Source: Armatimonadota bacterium
GTDB lineage: Bacteria; Armatimonadota; HRBIN16
Assembly (NCBI GenBank): GCA_963677485.1
Contig: OY781964.1
Span: 5,156,041-5,220,040 of the forward strand
Reading direction: 5' to 3'
DNA length: 64,000 nt
In this document: piece after piece, positions 31,981 through 41,466 of the stretch
Numbering within the stretch: position 1 is the stretch's first letter
Layout of the letters: every line of letters starts with the position of its first letter
Notes under the pieces: generated by a model
What the model was told of the DNA's origin: nothing
Database searches by the model: none
Seen by the model: the letters and a program-made list of their open reading frames with translations, nothing else
Translations under genes and position numbers: made by a program

Positions 31981-33522
31981 ATGAACATATTCAGTACCAC
32001 AAGCCTGCTGATCACCGTCATCGCTGCGATGTTCAGTTGCGCTGCATCCTGTGCTCCAGATCATGTGACGACATCGGACCAAAGCGTCGTCGATGATGCG
32101 TTCGTGCATGGTTACACGCATAACATGGTCACCGATGTGATTGATGGGAAAAACTACCGCACCATCTCCATCCAGTGCGTAAACACCGGAACCCATATCG
32201 ATAACTTCGATAACGAGTTCCGAGGCTTCTCTGTCTGGACACGCGACCTCTACTGGGGCGGGTTGGGATGGTTCCAAGCCGGTGGACCGGAGGTGATCAA
32301 CCGTTACAAAACATCATTGCAGGCGCTCATCACCTGCAAAAACCGCAACAAAGCGGATGGTCATGTGGCCAACTGGCCGTTGAACAACGGACGGTACTAC
32401 ATCCCGCAGGCATGGTGTACCGGTGGTGCGATAGCAGAGGGTTTCTACCCCTACGATTCCGAATCTCAAGCCGATTTCCTGCTGCTGGCCCATATGTATT
32501 GGAAAGTCAGCGGGGATACTGAGTATATCGCCTCCATCTGGGATGACATCATGTATGTCACCAAGAACATCGAGGTCATGGACACCAACGGCAACTCGCT
32601 GCCCGACAACCTGTGGGGGTCGTATGACTACCAGGGATTGGGCCAGGACCAAGAGGAGCCGCTGATGTCCGCCAAGGCGAGTGCCGCCTACAAGGCTGTT
32701 TCCGAGCTGGCAAAACTGACCGGACATACGGACGAAGCGAAACGGCTGTCGGCTTTGGCTGCCAAGGTACGCAAACAGCTCAACAAGCCCGTCAGCGAGG
32801 GCGGACTGTGGAATCCCCTGCCCGATGGCGGTGGTTACTATGTGAACTTCCGATCCATCAAGAAGGGCCATGAGTCCATCGATGAGAAGTTCATCCCCTA
32901 CGAAAACCTGGTGCCGATGTTCTTCGGCATGATGGAAAAGAAGCAGATCGCCTCCGTGTTCAGCATATTGGACGGCGGCTTCAGTAAATACTACGACCTA
33001 AAGTGGGGCCCAATGTACGTCGCCCCAGCGGCCCATACCTCGAACAGCGTGATCGACTGCTCGACCACCCCCTGGCTGGGATTTCTGGACGTCTACCTGC
33101 GCAGCAAAAATGGCTGGACGAACAACCGGTCACGAATCTACAAAATGCTGATGGACCACGCCTACGACATCCCTGCTGCGCCTTTCACCGAAGGAGCAGG
33201 AATTGAGGGCAACCTCACCGGCGGCGCGGGCCGAGCCTGGGATAACGGCAACTTCTTCCACTGCCTGATCAACGGCATCTACGGCGTGGAGAAGACCGCC
33301 GACGCGATCATTCTCACCGCACCCACGCCCATGACCGACTTTCCGCTGACCGAGCTCAAGGCCATTCAGTGGCATGAAGCGCAGTATGACATCAAATGGT
33401 TGGGCGAGGGTTCGAAGATCGCCGGCGTCACCTTGGATGGCGTGCGGGTGGCCTCTTCCGCAGGGCGGTACCGGCTGACCAAGCGGAGCGAGGTTCACAG
33501 CGTGGTGGTGAAGCTGAGGTAG
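31981..33522 (+). CDS. Secreted protein, probable (alpha/alpha)6 six-hairpin glycoside hydrolase
   Basis: Signal peptide; WTRD motif; DTNGNSLPD; helical pattern with C-terminal beta domain. Family not assignable. Confidence 0.55.
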   Translation: MNIFSTTSLLITVIAAMFSCAASCAPDHVTTSDQSVVDDAFVHGYTHNMVTDVIDGKNYRTISIQCVNTGTHIDNFDNEFRGFSVWTRDLYWGGLGWFQAGGPEVINRYKTSLQALITCKNRNKADGHVANWPLNNGRYYIPQAWCTGGAIAEGFYPYDSESQADFLLLAHMYWKVSGDTEYIASIWDDIMYVTKNIEVMDTNGNSLPDNLWGSYDYQGLGQDQEEPLMSAKASAAYKAVSELAKLTGHTDEAKRLSALAAKVRKQLNKPVSEGGLWNPLPDGGGYYVNFRSIKKGHESIDEKFIPYENLVPMFFGMMEKKQIASVFSILDGGFSKYYDLKWGPMYVAPAAHTSNSVIDCSTTPWLGFLDVYLRSKNGWTNNRSRIYKMLMDHAYDIPAAPFTEGAGIEGNLTGGAGRAWDNGNFFHCLINGIYGVEKTADAIILTAPTPMTDFPLTELKAIQWHEAQYDIKWLGEGSKIAGVTLDGVRVASSAGRYRLTKRSEVHSVVVKLR

Positions 33523-33529
33523 GTAAGGT

Positions 33530-33706
33530 GTAGGGGCATGGCGTGCCGTGCCCACATTTATGTGCAGTGTGCCGCAACGTTTGTAGGGGCGGGGTTCCCC
33601 CGCCCTGGGCGCGGAGACCGCGCCCCTACCGATGTATGCACCGTAAGGGGCAACCACGGGGGGCTGCCCCTACGCAATGTTTGGGCACGGCACGCCATGC
33701 CCCTAC
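33530..33706. repeat. Nested cluster of GTAG-type REP palindromes
   Basis: Outer pair GTAGGGGCATGGCGTGCCGTGCCC / GGGCACGGCACGCCATGCCCCTAC enclosing two further GTA(A)GGGGC...GCCCCTAC hairpins. Confidence 0.82.
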
Positions 33707-33826
33707 CGATTCACACCCACCCATTGTCGACACTTCCTGCGTATTTCAGTAAACTGAATCTAGACGGCGGGAATATCGCGCTGTCACGTACTTATACCTA
33801 TGTTGCATCGTCCAGGAGGCCTTCAC

Positions 33827-36142
33827 TTGGTCACTCAGCAAACCGCATATAAACCGTCAGAGCGTATCATGGCGCTGCGTCAGCGCGTCATGAGTCAGCA
33901 TCCGGAGCTGTTCTTCGGATGGTCGCGCACCTATCTGTATATGAAGGGCTGGGAGGCCGCAGCCGCCCATTCGCTACCGTTGCGAAACGGTCTGGCGCTG
34001 AGCCATGTGATAGAGAACATGCCGCTGGTGGTGCATGATGGCGAGATACTGGTGGGTGAGCACGGCAACGTGGCTGGCGACTGGCGGCAGATATGCAACT
34101 TCTACCGCGAACTGCCTGAGGACACCTACACGGCCATCCGAGACAGCAACCTGCTGGAGACGGAGCAGACCGAGCTGGTCGACTGGCTGAAGTCCAAGCC
34201 GTTCAGCTTCATGAGTATGGCGCCGGTGGCCGGGTATCCCGAGGAGTTGGTGAAAGGCTGCGAAGCCGGCGTGCTGATGGGCTTCGGCACCGACCTCAAC
34301 CACAGCATCCGCGGCTACGAAAAAGTGCTGCAACTGGGTTTTTCGGGCTTGGCTGAAGAGGTCGAACGCAAAATCGCCGCACTGGATCCGACCGATCCTG
34401 AGCTGCCGACCAAAATGAACTGCCTGCAGGCGTTCCATCACATCTGCACCTCAGCGATGCAGCTCGGTAACCGGTATGCCGACTTAGCGCGCGAGAAGGC
34501 CCTGCTCGCGAGTTCGTCGGAACAACAGGCGGAGTGGGCTGAAATCGCCGAAGTTTGCGAACGCGTGCCCGCCTACCCCGCACGAACCTTCCGCGAGGCA
34601 GTGCAAGCGCTCTGGTTCGCGCACATGATCACCATCTGGGAAGACGGCGTGAATGCCAACGGCATCGGTCGTCTCGACCAGTTCCTCTACCCCTACTACC
34701 AGAACGACATCGAGATGGGTGTGATGAGCCGTGACGAGGCCGCCGAGATACTCGCCGCGCTGTGGGTGAAGCTCTATCAGGCCTACGATGTACAGCAGAT
34801 GATGCTGGGCGGGCAACTCTCCGATGGCACCGACGCTGTGAACGAGTTGAGCTACCTGGCTCTGGACGTGACCGAAGGGCTTGATTTCACCCGTTGCCTG
34901 TCCGCCAGACTGCACCGCGGCTCTCCAAAGAAGTTCGTCGCCCGATGTGTCGATCTTCTGGCCAAAGGTGGCGGAGTGCCGTTCTTCTTCAACGATGAGG
35001 TGCTGATCCCCGCGCTCACCGAAAAAGGCATTTCGCTGGAAGATGCGCGCGGTTACGCCGCCATCGGCTGCGTGGAGATCACCATCCCCGGCAAGGCATC
35101 GCCCCACGCCGTGAGCAACTGGATCAACACCGCCAAATGCCTGGAGCTGGCGCTGAACAACGGCGTGGACATCCGCACAGGTGTGCAGGTCGGCCCGATG
35201 ACCGGGCTGCTTGAGGAGTTCCAGTCGATCGATGAGGTTTGGAACGCCTACCAACGGCAGTTTGAACACTTCGCCCGACTAGCCGTGCTGGGATCGAATA
35301 CCGCGGACATCGCGCACAGGCACCAATACCGGCTGCCCTACCTCTCACTGCTCACCGATGACTGCGTGACGAGTGGCCGCGACATCATTGAGGGCGGGGC
35401 CCGGTATAACTACCATAGTTCCGCCGTGCTGGGGATGCCCAATGTGGCCGACTCCCTGGCGGCGGTGCAGCAGGCGGTGTTTGAGCAGAAGCTGATCAGC
35501 CCCGACCGGCTTGTAGAGATGCTGAAGAGCAACTACGAGGGCGATGAAACGCTGCGCCAGATGCTGCTTCACAAGATGCCCAAATACGGCAACGACATCG
35601 AGCTGCCCGACCACTACGCGGCCGAGGTCTCCCGACATGCCTGCGAGTTCCTCGCCGGATGCAAGACCGTGGACGGCGGCAGCTACTTCGTGCATCTTTT
35701 CTCGTTTGTGATGATGCTCAACCTGGGCAAGCTGACGGCTGCGACCCCTGACGGCCGCCTGTGCGGTGACCCTCTGGCGTATAGTCTCAGTCCGGCACAA
35801 GGGCGGGACAAAGAAGGCATCACCGCGGCTCTTCAGTCGCTGGCTAAAATCCCCCACCATCTCGCCGCGGCGAGTTCATCGGCGATACTCGACATCGACC
35901 CCAGCCTGCTGAGCACCATCGGCAAGACCGCCTTCGCCAGCCTGATCACGGCGGCCATCGAGATGGGCGTGGGCCAGATGCAGTTCAATGTGGTGGACGC
36001 CGCCACCCTGCGCGCGGCTCAGAGCAACCCCGACCGTTACCGCAACCTGAGCGTGCGCGTGTCGGGATTCAGCCAGCAGTTCTGCCTGCTTGACCCTGAA
36101 ATGCAGGAACACATCATCGCCCGCACCAAACACACGAGGTAA
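33827..36142 (+). CDS. Glycyl radical enzyme (PFL2/glycerol-dehydratase-like family), substrate unknown
   Basis: GCVE cysteine loop, GRLDQFLYPYY, VRVSGFS glycyl loop; AGGAGG RBS before TTG 33827. Confidence 0.92.
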   Translation: MVTQQTAYKPSERIMALRQRVMSQHPELFFGWSRTYLYMKGWEAAAAHSLPLRNGLALSHVIENMPLVVHDGEILVGEHGNVAGDWRQICNFYRELPEDTYTAIRDSNLLETEQTELVDWLKSKPFSFMSMAPVAGYPEELVKGCEAGVLMGFGTDLNHSIRGYEKVLQLGFSGLAEEVERKIAALDPTDPELPTKMNCLQAFHHICTSAMQLGNRYADLAREKALLASSSEQQAEWAEIAEVCERVPAYPARTFREAVQALWFAHMITIWEDGVNANGIGRLDQFLYPYYQNDIEMGVMSRDEAAEILAALWVKLYQAYDVQQMMLGGQLSDGTDAVNELSYLALDVTEGLDFTRCLSARLHRGSPKKFVARCVDLLAKGGGVPFFFNDEVLIPALTEKGISLEDARGYAAIGCVEITIPGKASPHAVSNWINTAKCLELALNNGVDIRTGVQVGPMTGLLEEFQSIDEVWNAYQRQFEHFARLAVLGSNTADIAHRHQYRLPYLSLLTDDCVTSGRDIIEGGARYNYHSSAVLGMPNVADSLAAVQQAVFEQKLISPDRLVEMLKSNYEGDETLRQMLLHKMPKYGNDIELPDHYAAEVSRHACEFLAGCKTVDGGSYFVHLFSFVMMLNLGKLTAATPDGRLCGDPLAYSLSPAQGRDKEGITAALQSLAKIPHHLAAASSSAILDIDPSLLSTIGKTAFASLITAAIEMGVGQMQFNVVDAATLRAAQSNPDRYRNLSVRVSGFSQQFCLLDPEMQEHIIARTKHTR

Positions 36143-36145
36143 CAG

Positions 36146-37033
36146 ATGCTCGGTCAGATTTTCGATATTCAGCGCTTCTGCACGCATGACGGACCGGGTA
36201 TCCGCACCACCGTTTTCTTCCAGGGCTGCCCGCTGCGCTGCCGGTGGTGCCATAACCCGGAATCGCGCAAAATGGAGCCGGTCATCGCCTTCTACGCCAC
36301 CAAGTGCATCCACTGCGGGCGGTGCTTTGAGGCCTGCCCGAACGGCGCGATTGAGGCCACAGATGAGCATGTGAACCGCGAGCTCTGCCAGAAATGCGGT
36401 AAGTGCTCCGAGGCCTGCCCCACTGAGGCGCTGCAGCTCATCGGCCGCCAGGAGAGTGTGGAGCAGATCGTGGCCACCGTGCTGCGCGACCTGCCCTTCT
36501 ACAAGACCTCCGGCGGCGGTGCCACGCTGTCGGGTGGAGAGCCGTTCTTCCAGCCGGAGTTCACGCACGCGCTGCTGAGCGATTTGAAGCGCAACGAGAT
36601 ATCCACCGCGGTGGAGACCTGCGGGGCCGTGCCCTGGGAGCGCATCGAGAGGTCATTGGAGCTCATCGACCTGTTCCTGTATGACTGCAAGATCATGGAT
36701 TCGGCCAAACATGCGGAGTATTGCGGCGCGAATAACAGCCTCATCCTGGAGAACGCCCGCCGCATCGCGAAGGCTGGCAAAACTATTGTGCTGCGCACCC
36801 CAATCATCCCCGGCATCAACGACTCGGCTGATGATATCCGGCAACTAGGCGAGTTCGTGATGTCGTTGCCCGGCAACGCCTCGCTAGAGCTGATGCCCTA
36901 CCACGCCATCGGCAGCGGGAAGTATGTGGCCATCGGTCTGCCCGAGCCGCTGCCCGGCGTGCCCTCGCTGGACAACCTGGACTACGTGCTGGAGCCCCTC
37001 GTGGCCATGGGCGTGGAAGCCCGGCTGTCGTAG
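36146..37033 (+). CDS. Glycyl-radical enzyme activating enzyme (radical SAM with ferredoxin insert)
   Basis: [23 protein letters not shown], two CxxCxxCxxxCP, SGGEP. Confidence 0.95.
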   Translation: MLGQIFDIQRFCTHDGPGIRTTVFFQGCPLRCRWCHNPESRKMEPVIAFYATKCIHCGRCFEACPNGAIEATDEHVNRELCQKCGKCSEACPTEALQLIGRQESVEQIVATVLRDLPFYKTSGGGATLSGGEPFFQPEFTHALLSDLKRNEISTAVETCGAVPWERIERSLELIDLFLYDCKIMDSAKHAEYCGANNSLILENARRIAKAGKTIVLRTPIIPGINDSADDIRQLGEFVMSLPGNASLELMPYHAIGSGKYVAIGLPEPLPGVPSLDNLDYVLEPLVAMGVEARLS

Positions 37034-37090
37034 GGCGGGCGGTTTGACAACGGGGCGGGCGCAGTAAAGGGTAGTTTGTTGCTTAGTGTG

Positions 37091-39217
37091 TTACATATCG
37101 CCCTGCGCACCGAAATTCTGATCGATGATCATATAGTCAAACAAGTTGACGTGCCCGTCGCCATCTAGGTCAGCCATGGGGTCAGATGAGCCGAATTTGG
37201 AATCGAGAATAACGAAGTCGAATAGATTAATCTGCCCATCCCCATCTGAGTCGCCATTTACCAGCATGATATTCAAGCTGTCACCTGGCGAAACACTTGA
37301 AGTCTTAGTGGCCAAAAAGTGTGGGCTGCTCACACGTAGGCTATACGGCGGTTGTAGGTAGGACGACAGAACGAAGCTACCGTTGCTTTGCGGTATGAGG
37401 CTGAGGCACTGAGAAAGACCAGGATTAGAAGCACTGGTGACTATGGCCGTGAGTTGCTGTGATGATATCTCGCCTGAGAAACCTCCTAGTTGAACTTGCC
37501 CGGACATAGTGTGCGCGTTGCGAATCGCAACGGTACTAGAACCACCTGCTGCAACAATCACAAAGTTCCTATTCGGTTCAGGGACGATGCTATAGCCAGA
37601 ACTGTCCCATCCAAAGTTGACAACAGAACCGTCGCGTTTTAATCCTACAGAGTGCCGTCGTGCCGCAGCTATTCCGATAAAGTCCTGGTTGGGGATAGGC
37701 AAGTCGCATTGACCGAATTTATTCCAACCCCAACTCACTACAGTGCCATCAAGTTTTAGCCCGATCGAGTGACTCTCAGATGACGAAATTGCTATGAAAT
37801 CCTGGTTTGGGCCGGGAACACTACATTCATTGTTTTGGTTACTACCCCAGCAAACCACAGTTCCGTTTCGTTTTAACCCAGCGGAAAACTTGGAGCCTAC
37901 CGTCACAGCGATAAAGTCTTGGTTAGGCTCTGGTGCGTCGCATTGTCCATAGAGGTTCCAGCCCCAGCAGACTATCGAACCGTCTCTCTTCAAACCAGCA
38001 GAATGATGTTCGGTTGCCGCGACGGCTACGAAGTTTAGGTTAGGTGCGGGAACTGTGCATTGCCCATATGCATCATCGCCCCATGCCAAAACAGAACTGT
38101 CTGACTTCAAACACATCGTGTGACGACCTCCGGCTGCGACGGCGACAAAATTCTGGTTTATAACCGGCACCTCGCATTGCCCAGCATCGTTATCTCCCCA
38201 GCATTCAACGGAACCGTCTTGCCTCAATCCGATAGAATGACCAGCCCCAGATGAAACAGCTATGAAATCTGCATTGTGCGCAGGAGAACTGCTCGAATTT
38301 TGGCCCCATGTGACTACGGTACCATCCCTTTTCAAACCTACCGAATAGTCCGGACCGCCAGCAACCGAAATGAAATCTACATTCGGATCTGGTACATCGC
38401 ATTCACCGAAATCATTATCACCCCAACAAACAACAGAACCATTTTCTAACAACCCAACAGTGTGATCAGATCCTGCTGCTACTGAACGATAGTGTTGGTT
38501 CGGTTCAGGTATGGTGTTTTGGTTAAACCTAATATCACCCCACCCTACTATCGAACCGTTAGCCTTCACGCCGCCGGAGGTATTGGCGCCTGCCCAGACT
38601 GCCACAAAGTTATTGTTTGCTGGAGGCACATTACATTGGGTATGACTATTATCACCCCAGCAAACCACGCTTCCATCTCTTTTAAGTCCAACTGTGTGAT
38701 TTCCTTGTGCAGTCACTGACTGAAAGTTCGCGTTCGGAAGCGGCACATCGCATTGGCCGTAATAGTTGTCACCCCAGCAAACTACTGCTCCATCACTTTT
38801 AAGTCCGACTGAATGGTTGTCGCCAGCAGTAACGGCAATGAAGTCTTGATTAGGAAGAGGTACAACACTTTGCCCATATCTGGAACGACCCCAGCAGATA
38901 ACTGTTCCGTTACGCTTTAAACCGACTGTGTGTGAGCTGCCTGCAGCTACACCAATGTAGTCATTAACTGGTGTCGGCACATTACATTGGCCCTCAAGGT
39001 TACCACCCCAGCAAACAATGGAACCATCTCGCTTTAATCCGGCGATGTGGTCTGAGCCCGCGGCAATGGCGGAGAAGCCGCTCATATCGCCTGGGATCAC
39101 ACGCCGGGAACCCCATGATTCAATTGTGCCTGTTTGCGAGATTCCAGGGTTGCCCGGTATCAGCATTAATAAACAGAATACTAACAATACTCGTTTGTTC
39201 ATACTGGCATTACACAT
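37091..39217 (-). CDS. Secreted RCC1/BLIP-II-like repeat protein with C-terminal dockerin-like domain
   Basis: About 13 repeats of ~39 aa (AAGxxHxVGLKxDGSVVCWGxNxxGQCxVP); C-terminal GDSDGDGQINLFD...DLDGDGHVNLFD. Confidence 0.9.
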   Translation of the reverse strand: MCNASMNKRVLLVFCLLMLIPGNPGISQTGTIESWGSRRVIPGDMSGFSAIAAGSDHIAGLKRDGSIVCWGGNLEGQCNVPTPVNDYIGVAAGSSHTVGLKRNGTVICWGRSRYGQSVVPLPNQDFIAVTAGDNHSVGLKSDGAVVCWGDNYYGQCDVPLPNANFQSVTAQGNHTVGLKRDGSVVCWGDNSHTQCNVPPANNNFVAVWAGANTSGGVKANGSIVGWGDIRFNQNTIPEPNQHYRSVAAGSDHTVGLLENGSVVCWGDNDFGECDVPDPNVDFISVAGGPDYSVGLKRDGTVVTWGQNSSSSPAHNADFIAVSSGAGHSIGLRQDGSVECWGDNDAGQCEVPVINQNFVAVAAGGRHTMCLKSDSSVLAWGDDAYGQCTVPAPNLNFVAVAATEHHSAGLKRDGSIVCWGWNLYGQCDAPEPNQDFIAVTVGSKFSAGLKRNGTVVCWGSNQNNECSVPGPNQDFIAISSSESHSIGLKLDGTVVSWGWNKFGQCDLPIPNQDFIGIAAARRHSVGLKRDGSVVNFGWDSSGYSIVPEPNRNFVIVAAGGSSTVAIRNAHTMSGQVQLGGFSGEISSQQLTAIVTSASNPGLSQCLSLIPQSNGSFVLSSYLQPPYSLRVSSPHFLATKTSSVSPGDSLNIMLVNGDSDGDGQINLFDFVILDSKFGSSDPMADLDGDGHVNLFDYMIIDQNFGAQGDM

Positions 39218-39568
39218 GTGATGACCTCACTTTGTCGATTTTGCGGACGCTAAATAGGTGCGTTTTCACAGATATTGTACCTTACAAAATGAGGAGAGTG
39301 GAGTCACTAATACCACGTTTGTTGAAAATCAACTAGATTGCGCTTGATACCGACTGTTGAATCCACATAGACACGTAATCCAGACAATATAATACTGTGT
39401 CAAAATCATTGACTTTATGAATGCTGCTGTGCTACAGTTAATCTACATGCAAAGCGTTCTTTTCGGCATGAACGGTGCCTAAGTATTCGACCGACCTCAT
39501 TCGGTTTATTTAGAAGCGAGACCGTACACCGTAATACTAATGATAATGTAATGCTGGAGAAATGACCT

Positions 39569-40387
39569 ATGAACCTTCGCGCTGTTACCGTTACTGAGAT
39601 ACTGGGAGCCGTTGTGATAGTTGCGGGCTTAACAGCCATTTTGTCACCAGCATTGTCGCAGGCTCGTGAAGTCCAAAGGTCACCGAGAGCCATTTGCTTA
39701 AGTAATCTGAAAGAAATAGGAACTGCTTTAAAGTTATATGCCGATGATTACAATGGCGCATACCCAAATGGTTGCTACACAGGTGGAGATATTGATGAAG
39801 ATACGGTTCTCGATGGACCACGAGCTTTTCCTAAGAACTGGTTGGTAGACCCATTCGTGACTGAAGAATCGCAATTAGATTATGGCTGTTACGGGTATAG
39901 ATTCTACAAATTTCTGATGAATATCCAGTTGAAGCATTTTATCAAGAATCGCAGCATTTTCTATTGTCCTAGTTCGGAAATACTAGCGACCACCGCTAAC
40001 ATGGACAAAGGCAATCAGACTTACTATTGGGTACCGAACTGGATATATAACAGTCCTGGAATCGGGTGGAAGCAGGTGAATTACGGCACTCCTACAAACC
40101 CTGTATTCCGTAACCTAGAGACAGACCCGTTTGGGGAGGAAAGCAACTGGATATCGGAACGTATGATTTTCGCCGAGTGGGGCGTGATGGGATGGGATGG
40201 CCCTGACGCACATAACGATCAGAATGAACCCTTTTTCGGGCGTTTTGAGAACTGTAATCACCTCCAGGGATACAACGCGCTTTTCTTTGATGGGCATGTC
40301 ATGATGCAAAAGTTTGGTGGAAAATGGAAAACGACACCCGCCACTGGTTGGGGAGAAAAAGGACTACCGGCAGGTAGCGCTTATTAG
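39569..40387 (+). CDS. DUF1559-like prepilin-type protein with H-X9-DG motif
   Basis: Degenerate N-methylation helix (AVTVTEILG...PALSQARE), CLSNLKEIG, YADDY, FYCPS, HLQGYNALFFDGHV. Confidence 0.8.
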   Translation: MNLRAVTVTEILGAVVIVAGLTAILSPALSQAREVQRSPRAICLSNLKEIGTALKLYADDYNGAYPNGCYTGGDIDEDTVLDGPRAFPKNWLVDPFVTEESQLDYGCYGYRFYKFLMNIQLKHFIKNRSIFYCPSSEILATTANMDKGNQTYYWVPNWIYNSPGIGWKQVNYGTPTNPVFRNLETDPFGEESNWISERMIFAEWGVMGWDGPDAHNDQNEPFFGRFENCNHLQGYNALFFDGHVMMQKFGGKWKTTPATGWGEKGLPAGSAY

Positions 40388-40449
40388 GAATATCTGCTGT
40401 ACCGTCTCCGTCAGGTTTGATCGCTTAACAGCATATGGCCCCTCAGGTC

Positions 40450-40797
40450 TCCACCGCGGTGGAGACCTGAGGGGCCGTGCCCTGGGATCGCATCGAGAAG
40501 TCGCTTGAGCTCATCGACCTGTTCCTTTATGACTGCAAGATCATGGATTCGGGCAAACATGCGGAGTATTGCGGTGCCAACAACACTTTGATCCTAGAGA
40601 ACGCCCGCCGTATCGCGGAGTCTGGCAAAACAATAGTGCTGCGCACCCCCATCATCCCCGGCATTAACGACTCGGTCGATGATATCCTGCAACTGGGTGA
40701 GATCGTGATGTCGCTGCCCGGCGTGCCCTCGCTGGACAATCTGGACTACGTGCTGGAGCCCCTCGTGGCCATGGGCGTAGAGGCCCGGCTGTCGTAG
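40450..40797 (+). pseudogene. Decayed duplicate of the 3' part of the GRE activase gene
   Basis: Aligns with 36602-37033 (homology continues to 37058/40824); has TGC>TGA, an 84-bp in-frame deletion, and no radical-SAM motif. Confidence 0.9.
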
Positions 40798-40867
40798 CGG
40801 GCGGGCGGTTTGACAACGGGGCGGTTATGTGACGAGTGGTAGGAAGTGCTCTGCTGTCCATAGATCG

Positions 40868-40913
40868 GGACCGTTAGCTCAGTTGGTAGAGCATTTGGTT
40901 CTTAGTCAATGGG
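40868..40913 (+). repeat. Degenerate 5' fragment of tRNA-Lys(CTT); att-like scar
   Basis: 42/46 identity to the 5' end of the tRNA at 46860-46935; no T-arm or acceptor 3' strand. Confidence 0.85.
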
Positions 40914-41024
40914 CAACATAGACCCTTGTTACTCGACAGATACCGCACTTCAAACTCCACTAAAACTACATGTAGCATATAATGCTATGAATAGACACCA
41001 TCATTCGACTTTATCAATCGGTCA

Positions 41025-41326
41025 TTACTGTAGTGTTTCGTTCACCCCGATGCTATTAAGCAATGCAGCGAATTGGTCTTTTTCTGCTCTTAACTTGCTA
41101 ATGATATACTTCGCCGCCGTAACCATTTCCGGAACTTCGATTGGCATAGACCCTCGTTCGATGGTTCCCGATAAATGCGAGTACTCATTATTTATCCTCT
41201 CTGATAATATGACGGGTATTTTCCCTTCTCCAAAAAACTTCTCCATCTTGCAGTGATCCGATGATGCATCTGGATATCGATAATAGAGGTATATTTCCAT
41301 AAATTTCCTAGCGTTATTTCCGAAAT
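41025..41326 (-). pseudogene. Detached C-terminal HEPN-like fragment of the RloC/AAA_13-like gene
   Basis: Reads FGNNARKFMEIYLYYRYP...RINNEYSH (R-x6-H) starting exactly at the IS21 left end. Confidence 0.75.
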
Positions 41327-41466
41327 TGTCGCTAATCGGGTTACACTATACCAGCCCATTCGGCATGTGTGAGCCACCCATGTTCGGCATGACTATACCA
41401 CTCTAGCCGTGTTTCGATGCCCCTGACCGCCTAAATGATAGACACAGTTTTATCAGGAGGGCATAC

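Noticed and set aside
33538-33852. ORFs across the REP cluster
   Set aside because: Open frames arise from GC-rich palindromic repeats; no RBS or protein-like composition.
36602-40824. Diversity-generating retroelement TR/VR pair
   Set aside because: Differences are not adenine-specific and no reverse transcriptase is present.
40868-40913. Second functional tRNA
   Set aside because: Lacks the T-arm and acceptor 3' strand, and the anticodon arm is mutated.
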